A stretch of 64,000 nucleotides of DNA from an uncultured virus (IMG/VR IMGVR_UViG_3300008255_000130) (lineage: Duplodnaviria > Heunggongvirae > Uroviricota > Caudoviricetes): IMG/VR virus record IMGVR_UViG_3300008255_000130, one strand, 5' to 3'. Shown one piece after another: positions 40,603 through 50,372 of the stretch. The translations under genes were made by a program, and so were the position numbers. The notes under the pieces were generated by a model. That model was not told the origin of the DNA and ran no database searches. It saw only the letters and a list, made by a program, of their open reading frames with translations. Position 1 is the first letter of the stretch. Every line of letters begins with the position of its first letter.

Positions 40603-41757
40603 ATGAAATTTTTTAAATTAGACGGTACAACGCAAGATACATTCTCTATAGGGACAGGAAAAAGTAAAGTTGAATTTCAAAGTTTCAGTGGTAGATTATA
40701 CTATAGAAATTTTGGAAAAGCTTGGATCGAATTAAAAGATTCAGATAATACACTTCAAGAATGGGAACCACGTAGAGTATATTCTATAGGACAATTATTC
40801 ACTTACTCAAATTCTGTTTGGTATGTAAAACAATCTCATACAAGTGGAGACTTCTTCGCAGTAGCTTCGAATCTTGTAGCCAAAGTTGCAGAGTATTCAG
40901 CCCTTACAGTTTTTGATATAACTTTAGCAGATACTTTTATACTTACAAATTCTGATTCACTCAAAGTTATTTTTGAAGGAACAGTAGACTTGGTTACTTC
41001 ACCCCCAAAGAAAGTAATTCTTCCCGACGCACTTTCAATGGAAAGAGGAAATAGAATAGAGATTCAGAATGATACAAATATAAATGTAGATGTTTTTCTA
41101 CACGATCAAATAGAAACACTTGATCCTGTAAGATCAAACGGGTTATCTTTTCTTATACTTAAAAATAGAGTATCTCAGAATGGAGAATGGACTACTTTTG
41201 ATATTGGTTCTGGTGCAGATATTCTTAAATTTACCACAACAAAACTTGGTAACTATCTAGCAGAAAAGAATCAAATAGTTCCTGTTTCTACTGCTATTGT
41301 AAATAGTTTTACAATTACATTACCTCCTGAACCCTTTGATTCAGAACGAGTGGCCTTAATAGATGTTGGTTATAATCTAGCCAATAGACCAGTTTTCTTA
41401 GATAGAAATGGTAGAAAAATAAATAATCTAGAAGAGGATTGGATTATAGATGTCGATGGAATTTATATTGAAGTTATTTATAACGAAGATTTAGATTCTT
41501 GGTTTTTTGTTGATTCACCTGTAGCTGGCTTTTCAGGCAGTTCAACTGGTGGCAGTTCAACTGTTACCCCAGCTGTTTTTGATTTTGTAGCTGGCCCAAC
41601 CGTAGTAGATGTAGCACATAATAGGATGTATTATCCTATTATACAAATTTTAGATTCAATAGGTGAAAGAGTTGAAGCAAATTGGAGACACTTAGATACT
41701 AATATAATTAGAATTTTTCTAGATACTCCACAGACAATTAAGGTTTTATTATTATAA
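40603..41757 (+). CDS. tail fibre/baseplate protein with CBM5/12-like and gp9/gp10-like domains
   Basis: WEPRRVYSIGQLFTYSNSVW...HTS; FTITLP..P..SERVALID...RNGRKI. Confidence 0.65.
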   Translation: MKFFKLDGTTQDTFSIGTGKSKVEFQSFSGRLYYRNFGKAWIELKDSDNTLQEWEPRRVYSIGQLFTYSNSVWYVKQSHTSGDFFAVASNLVAKVAEYSALTVFDITLADTFILTNSDSLKVIFEGTVDLVTSPPKKVILPDALSMERGNRIEIQNDTNINVDVFLHDQIETLDPVRSNGLSFLILKNRVSQNGEWTTFDIGSGADILKFTTTKLGNYLAEKNQIVPVSTAIVNSFTITLPPEPFDSERVALIDVGYNLANRPVFLDRNGRKINNLEEDWIIDVDGIYIEVIYNEDLDSWFFVDSPVAGFSGSSTGGSSTVTPAVFDFVAGPTVVDVAHNRMYYPIIQILDSIGERVEANWRHLDTNIIRIFLDTPQTIKVLLL

Positions 41758-41775
41758 AATAAAGAGGTAAAAAAA

Positions 41776-42489
41776 ATGGCATTAAAATTCTATACAGACA
41801 TAGACTTTAATCAGAACGAAATTAAAAATGTTAAATTTGAAAATCTTGCAGTAGCTCCAGTGGGTGCAACAGCGGGTAGCTTCTATTTTGACACAGTAAC
41901 AGAACATTTAAGAGTATTTAACGGTTCTATTTGGGAAACAATCGCATCAGTAGATGTTGAATCAGTTCACTATAGAGGCGCAGTAGCTATTGGTGCCGCA
42001 GTGGCTCCAGTAACTCCAGCAGTAGGGGATTTATATATCTTTACTGGTGCAGCTGGATCAATGACAGACGCATCTTGGGGTACAGCTCAAAACGTACCAG
42101 TTGAATCAGGCGATCTTGCGATCTACAATGGTGCAGAATGGGACATCATTCAAGGCAATACAGTAACAGCTTCAGAAACTGCTCCTGGTGTTATCGAGTT
42201 AGCTACTCAAGCTGAAGTTGATACTGGTACTGATACAACTAGAGCTGTAACTCCTGCTACGTTGGAAGGTAAGTTGGCATCTTATACTGGGAAGCACACT
42301 CAAACTGCTACTCTTGTCGCTGCTACTCCTTTTAATATCAATCATAATTTAAGCGGTGATGTTACTGTAAATGTTTATAACAGTGCTGGTGAATTAATTG
42401 TGGTTAAGGTTAATATAGTAGATGCAGATAACTTAACAATTACTTCAAGCGCAGCATTAACTAACGTATTAGTTGTAGTAGTAGGATAA
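41776..42489 (+). CDS. tail fibre protein with gp34/gp12-like repeat
   Basis: ASETAPGVIELATQAEVDTGTDTTRAVTPATL; GAGGT RBS. Confidence 0.75.
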   Translation: MALKFYTDIDFNQNEIKNVKFENLAVAPVGATAGSFYFDTVTEHLRVFNGSIWETIASVDVESVHYRGAVAIGAAVAPVTPAVGDLYIFTGAAGSMTDASWGTAQNVPVESGDLAIYNGAEWDIIQGNTVTASETAPGVIELATQAEVDTGTDTTRAVTPATLEGKLASYTGKHTQTATLVAATPFNINHNLSGDVTVNVYNSAGELIVVKVNIVDADNLTITSSAALTNVLVVVVG

Positions 42490-42492
42490 AAA

Positions 42493-45102
42493 ATGAAACA
42501 CTTTGCTAGTCAAGAATTTTTTGGAAATATAGGTTTTGGTTTAAGAGGACAGAATGCAAATAATGGCCAGATAAATGATTTGGCTATAGGAAATTCTCCT
42601 ATACTCTATCTAACCGGAACCAATCCAGTCTTGACTGGCATAGTGAATTCAGAAATAGATAAAGAGGCAATATTGTTTGTTTCTTTCAATGGAACTGGAC
42701 TTGCTACATTATCTAGTAATGATATAGATTCCTTATCAAACAATAGATTTGATTTTTTAAATGATATTATTTTAAATCCAAAAGAGAATTGCACTTTAGT
42801 ATATGACACAGATGCAAATAAATGGAGATGCTTTGGTATCTCTTCAAGTAGTGGAAGTTTTATAGGCGGGCCAGGTGTTGGAGCTTCAATTAATTTTAGT
42901 TTTACAGCTATAGCTGCTCAAACAACCTTTGCACTACCATCTACACCTCAAGACCCAGAAGACGTTTTTGTTTTCGTAAATGGCATAAAAGAGACTCCAA
43001 CCAACTATTCTATAGTTGGTAGTGATTTGATTTTCAATTTACCCTTAACTGGTGGAGAAATCATCGAAGGTTACATTTTTAATTTTTCATCTTACAATGT
43101 AGAGTCTTATATAACAACTGGAGCTAGTGGAGAAAATATAACTGATCTATCTGAATGGTCTCCTTATGCTGATACGGCTGGTAATAATCCTATAGATGCT
43201 TTGGGTGGAAGTCCAAATATTCTATGGAATTTAAGTTCTATTGATCCTATTTCTAAAACAAGTAATTTTGAATTAGTTAAAGATGCAGCGAATAGACAAG
43301 GTGAAGGAACATCTATTCCTTTTACTATTGAAAAGAAACACTTAACTTCTATATTACAATTAGAGGCATATGCAGAATTAAAATCTGGAATATATATTAA
43401 TACACTAGATAAAGCCAGAGCGACTTACTCAGTAACAGGTAATGTTTGTACTGTGACTATGCCAAATGACTTTACGGTTGGTACAATAGTTAGAAATGTA
43501 TTTACTTCTGGTGGAGCAACAGTATTATCTGGAGACTTTGTTCTTACGGGTGCAACAGATACTAATTTTAGTTTTGCATTAACTACAAGTAATACAACAG
43601 GAAATGTAGATGTATCTTATGTAGGTGATCTTAGAATATCTATAATTCAAGACCCCCTAGGAACTCCAGAAGTAATAGAACCAGTTGGAACCGACATTCA
43701 ACTAGCAGTTGTAGGGAGTGTAGTAAAAATTCTAGCTACTTTTCAAACTCATGCATCTATTAGAGATTATAGATTGGCTATTCACGTAAGTGGAAGCACT
43801 ACAAATGCTTTTACAGTAGGATTTAATGATATACGTATTTGGGAACAAGAAAGAAATTACGGAGCTATTATAACTGATCCAATCCAATACACCCCTTCTA
43901 GTGCTAACTCTTCTTATACTCTTACTTCTTCAGATGTTTTTTTTCATCGAAAAGGAAATGCTTGTGTATTAGAAGGAAGATTTCAAATAAATACAGACTC
44001 TAGCACAGAATTTAGATTATTACTCCCTAATGGCTATAGTGTTTCAAATCAAATAACTTCTAAAACAATAGTCGGTGTTTTAACTGCTTACACCTCTGCC
44101 GCAACATGGAAAGAGTTTCATTTGATGGCTGTGGGGGGAAATAATTACTTAACTGTAACTATTTGGGGGGACAAAGACTCTAGTAATAATCCTGAAGATA
44201 ATTTGTTAGCCAATACTTATAGTTTTGCAGGTAAAGTTTTTTCCATATTCTCTTGCTCCATACCAATTCAAGGATGGGGTTCTAACATGGCTCTGTCTAG
44301 TGATGCAGGAAGTGGAAGATTAATAGCTTGCAGAGTTTATGGTAATACTGCTTCGGCGACCACCTTAACTTTTCCTTCTGTAGATTATGATTCTCATAAC
44401 GCATATAACTCTACAACAGGTATATATACTATACCTAATTCTGGTTTTTATACTTTTCATGTATATTCCGAATATTCCAGCACTACTATTAGAAGCCTTT
44501 ACCTACGAAAAACTACGGAGTCCAACCTTACTTACAACTGGCTAGGTAGATCAAATTACGATAGCTCTTCTAAGTCAACTTTTGATAAAAGTATGGGTAG
44601 ATGGTTTAATTCTGGTGATCAAATAGTAATAGGTACAGATAATCCGTACACGGGCGATGGGGGGTATCTCACTATTGTTAAAGAAGAATCAGGTTCTCAA
44701 ATACTAGCAAGAGACGAAGTAGTAGCTTGTAGTTTTTATAGCTCTGCTAATCAATCTTCACTTACTACTCAAATTAACTTTGGTGCTAAAGTTTATGATA
44801 CACATAATGCAGTTACTACAGGAGCAGGCTGGAGATTTACAGCTCCTAAGAGCGGTAAGTATGCAGTTAAAATAAAAATAGTAGGCAGTGCAAATATAAA
44901 TTTCGCAATATATATAAATGGAATTTTATTTTTGCCATTAGCTAGAAGCGAAGCTGGTGGGTACGCATCTGGATCAAGAGATTTGACATTACTAAAAGGG
45001 GAATATATTGATGTTAGACCAAATTCTAGTTCAACCGTAACTGGAAATGTTGATGTAACTAATGTTGACGCTTCCTCAATAGAGATATCGAGTATAGGAT
45101 AA
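42493..45102 (+). CDS. tail fibre / receptor-binding protein with two C1q-like C-terminal domains
   Basis: FPSVDYDSHNAYNSTTGIYTIPNSGFY and FGAKVYDTHNAVTTGAGWRFTAPKSGKY. Confidence 0.75.
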   Translation: MKHFASQEFFGNIGFGLRGQNANNGQINDLAIGNSPILYLTGTNPVLTGIVNSEIDKEAILFVSFNGTGLATLSSNDIDSLSNNRFDFLNDIILNPKENCTLVYDTDANKWRCFGISSSSGSFIGGPGVGASINFSFTAIAAQTTFALPSTPQDPEDVFVFVNGIKETPTNYSIVGSDLIFNLPLTGGEIIEGYIFNFSSYNVESYITTGASGENITDLSEWSPYADTAGNNPIDALGGSPNILWNLSSIDPISKTSNFELVKDAANRQGEGTSIPFTIEKKHLTSILQLEAYAELKSGIYINTLDKARATYSVTGNVCTVTMPNDFTVGTIVRNVFTSGGATVLSGDFVLTGATDTNFSFALTTSNTTGNVDVSYVGDLRISIIQDPLGTPEVIEPVGTDIQLAVVGSVVKILATFQTHASIRDYRLAIHVSGSTTNAFTVGFNDIRIWEQERNYGAIITDPIQYTPSSANSSYTLTSSDVFFHRKGNACVLEGRFQINTDSSTEFRLLLPNGYSVSNQITSKTIVGVLTAYTSAATWKEFHLMAVGGNNYLTVTIWGDKDSSNNPEDNLLANTYSFAGKVFSIFSCSIPIQGWGSNMALSSDAGSGRLIACRVYGNTASATTLTFPSVDYDSHNAYNSTTGIYTIPNSGFYTFHVYSEYSSTTIRSLYLRKTTESNLTYNWLGRSNYDSSSKSTFDKSMGRWFNSGDQIVIGTDNPYTGDGGYLTIVKEESGSQILARDEVVACSFYSSANQSSLTTQINFGAKVYDTHNAVTTGAGWRFTAPKSGKYAVKIKIVGSANINFAIYINGILFLPLARSEAGGYASGSRDLTLLKGEYIDVRPNSSSTVTGNVDVTNVDASSIEISSIG

Positions 45103-45105
45103 AAT

Positions 45106-45672
45106 ATGAAAAACATAAGAATAAAAAACAATCAAAACATAATAATATCAGATGAAAATCATTATAGCGATGATAAGGTTCAAGAATTCATAGATATTAA
45201 TATTTCTAATAATTCTTGGGGCAAACAAGAAAGATGGGTAAGAGCAAAATACAATGTTATTATTGATAGTATTGATCAAGAATCTGTAGAAGAAACAATC
45301 TATCCTGACGAACAATATTCAGATGAAGATGTTTTATCTACAGAAGAAAGATTAAAATATCCTAATTCAGATTCAGAAGAAGCTGAGGTTTGGGTTAAAC
45401 TTCGTGCGGACTATACTATAGAGATCAATGACTATAAAAGAATTCCAAAAGAAGTTACTATGAGACAAGCAAGAATAGCTCTAGTAAGAGCTGGATTATA
45501 TGAAACTATTCAAAATGCTATTCAAAATTACAATGATGAAGAACTTAAAATAGAATGGGAGTTTTCTCAAGTAGTAAAAAGAAATTGGCCGAGTTTAGAT
45601 GCTTTAACAACTTCTCTGGGAATAACTTCAATACAAGTTGATGATCTATTTATTGTAGCGGAAAATTTATAA
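45106..45672 (+). CDS. tail fibre assembly chaperone-like protein
   Basis: VTMRQARIAL..AGL...IEWEFS...R..P....L...LGIT..QVDDLF. Confidence 0.75.
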   Translation: MKNIRIKNNQNIIISDENHYSDDKVQEFIDINISNNSWGKQERWVRAKYNVIIDSIDQESVEETIYPDEQYSDEDVLSTEERLKYPNSDSEEAEVWVKLRADYTIEINDYKRIPKEVTMRQARIALVRAGLYETIQNAIQNYNDEELKIEWEFSQVVKRNWPSLDALTTSLGITSIQVDDLFIVAENL

Positions 45673-45687
45673 AAAGGATTTAAAATA

Positions 45688-46047
45688 ATGAATGGATTAA
45701 TAAATCTAAACACTTTAAAAAGCGTAGATACTATAGTTCTAGGTACAACATTACCTCGAACTCTCAATACTATAACTCTAGATAATAAAAACAATCAAAT
45801 GGCATATAGTTTTCCAGCTGAAGACTTAACTTTTCAAATTGACTATTTGATACCGGGAGTTACTTATTTTCTTATATTTTCTACGACAGGTGTTGCATAT
45901 AATATTACATTGCAGTCATCAACTTATACTATGAGAATACCAAATCAGTTGATGCCTATTTTTACAACTACAAATGGAAGGAAAGATATGATAGCTCTTA
46001 CTAGAATTGGAAATGAAGTCTGGATGAGTTATATTTTAAATACTTAA
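45688..46047 (+). CDS. hypothetical virion protein
   Basis: 119-aa beta-rich ORF, AAGGA RBS. Confidence 0.65.
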   Translation: MNGLINLNTLKSVDTIVLGTTLPRTLNTITLDNKNNQMAYSFPAEDLTFQIDYLIPGVTYFLIFSTTGVAYNITLQSSTYTMRIPNQLMPIFTTTNGRKDMIALTRIGNEVWMSYILNT

Positions 46048-46048
46048 T

Positions 46049-46663
46049 ATGAACAATAGTTTTCAATTTATTACATGGGAGCCTCCTGCAAGCCCTAATG
46101 ACGGAATCATAAAAACACCTACGGTGCCTTTTAGAGATATTTCTTTTGCTTCTCTTTCTTCTGATTCTCTTTTAGCAAACATTAGTAATGCGACTAGAGT
46201 TATTACAAATAGTAAAGGAGAAACAAAGATTCCTGCTGGATTTATATCTGAGAATTTTATTGAAGCTTTTACAAATGAGTTTTGGTATTTAGAGACCTTA
46301 ACTCAAAATAGTTCTATTTGCGGTACATATTCTTGTAATCCATACAACTGCAATCCATCCGACTGTAATCCTTTTTATGTTAACACTATACCATCAATTT
46401 TTAGCTGTAATGGTATAGGTGGTAATGGTAATTGTTATGCTGTGTGTGCTGGATTTGCATGTCCATTTTTTAATTGTTTCTGTTATAATACTTGCTTTCA
46501 AACTTGCTTTCAAACTTGTTCATATAGTTGCCAGCGAGAATGGTATAGAACATATGAAGTAAAACACAGATATGGATATGAAGGTAACAATTGGGAATTT
46601 AAAAGAGTTTTTTATGATAATTTTATCGGAATTCCAAATCCACCAATAAATATTACAACATAG
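46049..46663 (+). CDS. cysteine-rich protein
   Basis: 14 Cys in ~72 residues with CNP x3 and TCFQ x2 repeats. Confidence 0.7.
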   Translation: MNNSFQFITWEPPASPNDGIIKTPTVPFRDISFASLSSDSLLANISNATRVITNSKGETKIPAGFISENFIEAFTNEFWYLETLTQNSSICGTYSCNPYNCNPSDCNPFYVNTIPSIFSCNGIGGNGNCYAVCAGFACPFFNCFCYNTCFQTCFQTCSYSCQREWYRTYEVKHRYGYEGNNWEFKRVFYDNFIGIPNPPINITT

Positions 46664-46689
46664 AAATATATAATAATAGGAGGTAGAAA

Positions 46690-46854
46690 ATGAACGAACA
46701 AACAATTTTTCAAGCGATGTTACAATTTGTACAATACGAATTGTATAACAAAAAAACTGAAACTGAAGCTCAAGCTATAGCTAACGCTAAGGAGACTGTG
46801 CAAGCTCTTTTGACAGAATCTAAAGCTCTTTTTGTAACAGCTACAGCTGAGTAA
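46690..46854 (+). CDS. small helical protein (54 aa, not in ORF track)
   Basis: GGAGGT RBS; MNEQTIFQAMLQF...TATAE; TAATG coupling to next gene. Confidence 0.75.
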   Translation: MNEQTIFQAMLQFVQYELYNKKTETEAQAIANAKETVQALLTESKALFVTATAE

Positions 46855-47078
46855 TGAAACAAGAAGAATTTATTAAAAATAAAGTTAGATCAATGTTTCA
46901 GGATGCTTTTAATCCTAACTTTGATGCCGATAAAGTCAGTGAAGCAAGGCTTATGGTTTGTAGGCCTTGCGAATTTTTTACAAAAGATAAAGTTTGCTCC
47001 AAGTGTGGTTGTATGATGGAAGTAAAAACTAAACTCTCAAAAGAAAAATGTCCAATAGGTAAATGGGATGCATTGTAA
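46854..47078 (+). CDS. small Cys-cluster protein (DUF6171-like), copy 1
   Basis: RLMVCRPC...CSKCGC...K....CPIGKW. Confidence 0.75.
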   Translation: MKQEEFIKNKVRSMFQDAFNPNFDADKVSEARLMVCRPCEFFTKDKVCSKCGCMMEVKTKLSKEKCPIGKWDAL

Positions 47079-47160
47079 AAACACTCTCTCATTCTACTAT
47101 AAAATTCAATAAATAATCAATAAATAAATTAAATATACTTTTGAATGGCAGGAGATAGCT

Positions 47161-47361
47161 ATGGATAAAAGTGTAGACAATCTAAACAATTTAATTAAAG
47201 AAGCAAAATGTATAGGTGAGAGAATGACTCTATATAAGCAACTGAGAGAAGAAATAGTTGCTAGAGAACCTATGACTCCGCAAGAAATCTTGCAAAAAAA
47301 CAATACTCTTAAATTAATAGATGAGAGTTTAAAATTAATGGAAGTGTGGGGGATGTCTTGA
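47161..47361 (+). CDS. hypothetical protein (paralogue of 51657..51860)
   Basis: AGGAG RBS; 66 aa. Confidence 0.7.
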   Translation: MDKSVDNLNNLIKEAKCIGERMTLYKQLREEIVAREPMTPQEILQKNNTLKLIDESLKLMEVWGMS

Positions 47362-48059
47362 AGCGTTATATTCTCATTTTTCTTCTTTTATTTTGTAGTA
47401 AGCCAAAACAATCTATAGAATCAGAGTTATTGTTTGCTCATGTAGCCAACTTAAAAAATGAATATTCTTTAGCGGAAAAAGCTGTGCAAAAATGGGATTT
47501 GAATATTAAAACAAAAACAAAAGTTTACTCTGATAACACAGAGGCAAACGTGATAACACATTCAGAAAATTTAGTTTGTGATGATCTTTATGTTTCTGAT
47601 TCTATAAAAACAAAATGTAAAAGTAGAGTAATTGCTTCCCCCTATTCTGTAGATAATTTGATTGGTTTTACATTGTTAGAATATAATGCTTCTGGTAAAA
47701 TTCAAACTTCTCATATAATATTAAATGACTCTACAGTATTTTCACAGTTGTCTGAAAGTGATAAGATAAAAATAATTAGTCATGAAATGGGCCATGCTCT
47801 TGGCTTAAAGCACGTAAATGATCCAAATAATATTATGTATAATATTTTTGAGAAAGACAGAGAAGTATCTTATGAGCCACAAAGAAGTGTATTAAAAAGA
47901 TTATACAACGGCGAAAATCTTACTACAGAATTAGATTCTTATTTTATAAAGATTTATGGCAACTATCTGATGCACGAAACACTACCTATTTATTTTATAT
48001 CTTTCAAAAGAAGTTATAAACAGACACAAAAAGAAAATTTTATTTATGATGATATATAA
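47358..48059 (+). CDS. metzincin (matrixin/M10-like) zinc metalloprotease lipoprotein
   Basis: HEMGHALGLKH plus Met-turn NIMY; signal KRYILIFLLLF-C; TTG start overlapping upstream stop. Confidence 0.85.
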   Translation: MKRYILIFLLLFCSKPKQSIESELLFAHVANLKNEYSLAEKAVQKWDLNIKTKTKVYSDNTEANVITHSENLVCDDLYVSDSIKTKCKSRVIASPYSVDNLIGFTLLEYNASGKIQTSHIILNDSTVFSQLSESDKIKIISHEMGHALGLKHVNDPNNIMYNIFEKDREVSYEPQRSVLKRLYNGENLTTELDSYFIKIYGNYLMHETLPIYFISFKRSYKQTQKENFIYDDI

Positions 48060-48068
48060 GGAAAAAAT

Positions 48069-48407
48069 ATGTTAAGATATGTACAAAATCAACAAGCAAC
48101 CATTGATAATCTACTTGCAAACGATAGAACTTTTACAGGAAAAGTTGTGTTCTCAAAAGTACCAACTATGGATATTACAGCTGGAGTTCCTCTATCTATA
48201 GCAGGAGATCAAACTATTGATCCAGCTACTTGGGGAGAAATTGATCCAGCTACTTTTCCAAAAATATTAAATGTCAATACACAGTATTTTACAAATTTAG
48301 TATCAAATGTTACAAGTGGTGAAAGTTTGATATCTGAAATAACTTCTGTTGCGTTGAATACTTTAAAACAAAAGTTGGGATTATCTGAGGATTGGACAGT
48401 AATATGA
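48069..48407 (+). CDS. hypothetical protein
   Basis: AAGGA RBS; IDPAT duplicated. Confidence 0.7.
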   Translation: MLRYVQNQQATIDNLLANDRTFTGKVVFSKVPTMDITAGVPLSIAGDQTIDPATWGEIDPATFPKILNVNTQYFTNLVSNVTSGESLISEITSVALNTLKQKLGLSEDWTVI

Positions 48408-49045
48408 AAAAACAAGTAACTCTTAAAAAACCAGAAGGTATTCAAGAATGGATTCTTTGGGTTGCTTCTATTCTTACAGCTCTTACAATTTTAGTTGGGG
48501 CGGGCCAAAAATATTATGAATCTGCTTATGATTTGATTACTGGTAGTAACTCGGCGATGAGAATGTATGAACAAAGACAACTTGAACTTTGGAGAATAAA
48601 TAAACAATGCCTGAGAAATGATCCTCAAAAATTCGAGACACCGCAGAGAGAATTAATAACATTATTACTTTGTCCAGATACAGCAAGCTTGCTTGTAGAA
48701 GTAGTACCACCACAAATAACAAAGTCTACATCTACTTGGATAGAATTGAATAAAGTAAGAAGACAAGATGGCGAAGCCAGAAACACTTCAGAAAAAGATG
48801 TTCTTATTTTTTATAAAAGTTTAATTTCTGGCTTAGAAGCTAGTGAAAGAGAAGTACGCAAAGTAAATCAAGGAACATCAGTAGTAGAACTTTGTAGATG
48901 GACTGACAAGGTTTCTTTTAATGTTATAAGAAAATATGAAGGTAATGTATGTTTTATTGAAAAAATATATCTCGATGATGGTATGAAAAAATTTATAAAT
49001 ATAAAATGCGAATTAGTTAAATGTGATTATGGAAACAATAACTAG
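48404..49045 (+). CDS. membrane-anchored hypothetical protein
   Basis: N-terminal TM WILWVASILTALTILVG; 6 Cys in soluble part. Confidence 0.7.
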   Translation: MKKQVTLKKPEGIQEWILWVASILTALTILVGAGQKYYESAYDLITGSNSAMRMYEQRQLELWRINKQCLRNDPQKFETPQRELITLLLCPDTASLLVEVVPPQITKSTSTWIELNKVRRQDGEARNTSEKDVLIFYKSLISGLEASEREVRKVNQGTSVVELCRWTDKVSFNVIRKYEGNVCFIEKIYLDDGMKKFINIKCELVKCDYGNNN

Positions 49046-49376
49046 AAGATTAATTAAACCTGAAGATTTGAATCCAGCGAATAAATTATTTGGTGGTAGA
49101 TTGCTTCAATGGATAGATGAAGTTGGTGTGATCTATGTCTATGGTAAATTCAATGAGACTCGATTGGTAACAACTGAAATGCGGGATGTTTATTTCAGAT
49201 GTTCACCATCAAGTGGAGATATAATTGAATTTACTGGTGAGATTATAGAAGAAAGAAAAGCTTCTGTATGGATTAGAGTGAGAGTGAAGAATGTAACTGT
49301 TGAGTCTAAAGAGGTTATTGATTGTTCTCTTAGATTTGCATTCTTGGATAGAATGAGAGGAAAAAGTGAAAATTAA
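49029..49376 (+). CDS. acyl-CoA thioesterase (hotdog fold, YciA-like)
   Basis: PEDLNPANKLFGGRLLQWIDE...F..P..SGDII. Confidence 0.9.
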   Translation: METITRRLIKPEDLNPANKLFGGRLLQWIDEVGVIYVYGKFNETRLVTTEMRDVYFRCSPSSGDIIEFTGEIIEERKASVWIRVRVKNVTVESKEVIDCSLRFAFLDRMRGKSEN

Positions 49377-49626
49377 AATACACAGTACAGTCACAGACAA
49401 AACTTATAATGTATCGTATCACATTAAAGAAGAAGGGAGAAATATAGCGTCAGATCAACAAATACGTGATACTTTTGTAAGAGATTTGTTTCACTTTAAC
49501 AATGATTTAAGTGAAGTTATAATGTGTATGAATGCTAGAGATTTGAATATAGTTGTTTTTGATATACAAAATTATAAGGAAGAAGAAGAAAAATGGCATA
49601 CAAACGAAGAAGTTTGGATTGGGTGA
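49366..49626 (+). CDS. hypothetical protein
   Basis: GAGGA RBS, GTG start. Confidence 0.6.
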   Translation: MKIKIHSTVTDKTYNVSYHIKEEGRNIASDQQIRDTFVRDLFHFNNDLSEVIMCMNARDLNIVVFDIQNYKEEEEKWHTNEEVWIG

Positions 49627-49703
49627 TGATAGGGTTAATTTCAGGTATTATAATAATGGCTGGAGTTATTTTGGGATTATTGATTATGAGCGTTGTAATA
49701 TAA
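49626..49703 (+). CDS. 25-aa single-TM micropeptide (not in ORF track)
   Basis: TGATG coupling; MIGLISGIIIMAGVILGLLIMSVVI. Confidence 0.4.
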   Translation: MIGLISGIIIMAGVILGLLIMSVVI

Positions 49704-49717
49704 ATAAGGAGAAATAA

Positions 49718-50002
49718 ATGGAATTTTTAAAAACTTACAAAAAATATATTATATATGGTGTAATAGCTATGATATTGATTTTATCTCTATCTTCATTTGT
49801 AAAGAATAGAGTTCAAGGAATATTTCAAGAACATGAAATATCAGATACGAAGCAAAAAGTTAATCTTGATGCTGATGCTGGATTCATAGATTGTATAGCC
49901 ATTCAACATTCTTGTTTGTACGATCATATAAACAAGAATCAATTCAAAACAATTAAGGAGGATTGTAAAGGTGAAAATTATTGCAACAATACTTTTAAGT
50001 AG
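49718..50002 (+). CDS. N-terminally anchored membrane protein, candidate i-spanin
   Basis: AAGGAG RBS; type II TM; 4 Cys; overlaps lipoprotein gene. Confidence 0.5.
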   Translation: MEFLKTYKKYIIYGVIAMILILSLSSFVKNRVQGIFQEHEISDTKQKVNLDADAGFIDCIAIQHSCLYDHINKNQFKTIKEDCKGENYCNNTFK

Positions 50003-50372
50003 TCTATTGTTTTTTAACTGTGCTACTTTCAATGAAGTAAAAGTAGAAGAGTTTCAACCAAGTAGAACCAATGGTTGTGTACAAGAAATGTCGAGTTCAG
50101 CTAGACTAAAATGTTTTAGTAAACTTTTGAAATCTTTCCAAAACGAAAAGAATGCTAGAACTGAGTTTAAGCAAACTGATTTGGAAAGAATAGATTGGCA
50201 ATATATTTACGTGAACTATTCATATTGTAGCGTAGATAATGAAACAGATGAAGTTTATGAATGTTTAAATCATAAAACAAAATTGCGTAAGCCAACGCTA
50301 GGCTACTACATTTATGATTATTCTAAACCAGTAGTAGGATTTTTAATAGGATATGGAGTAGCATTGTTATGA
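49971..50372 (+). CDS. lipoprotein, candidate o-/u-spanin
   Basis: AGGAGG RBS; MKIIATILLSSLLFFN-C lipobox; hydrophobic C-terminus. Confidence 0.6.
   Translation: MKIIATILLSSLLFFNCATFNEVKVEEFQPSRTNGCVQEMSSSARLKCFSKLLKSFQNEKNARTEFKQTDLERIDWQYIYVNYSYCSVDNETDEVYECLNHKTKLRKPTLGYYIYDYSKPVVGFLIGYGVALL

Noticed and set aside
42493..46663. Diversity-generating retroelement or invertible fibre cassette
   Set aside because: No reverse transcriptase, invertase or TR/VR-like duplicate recognised in the window
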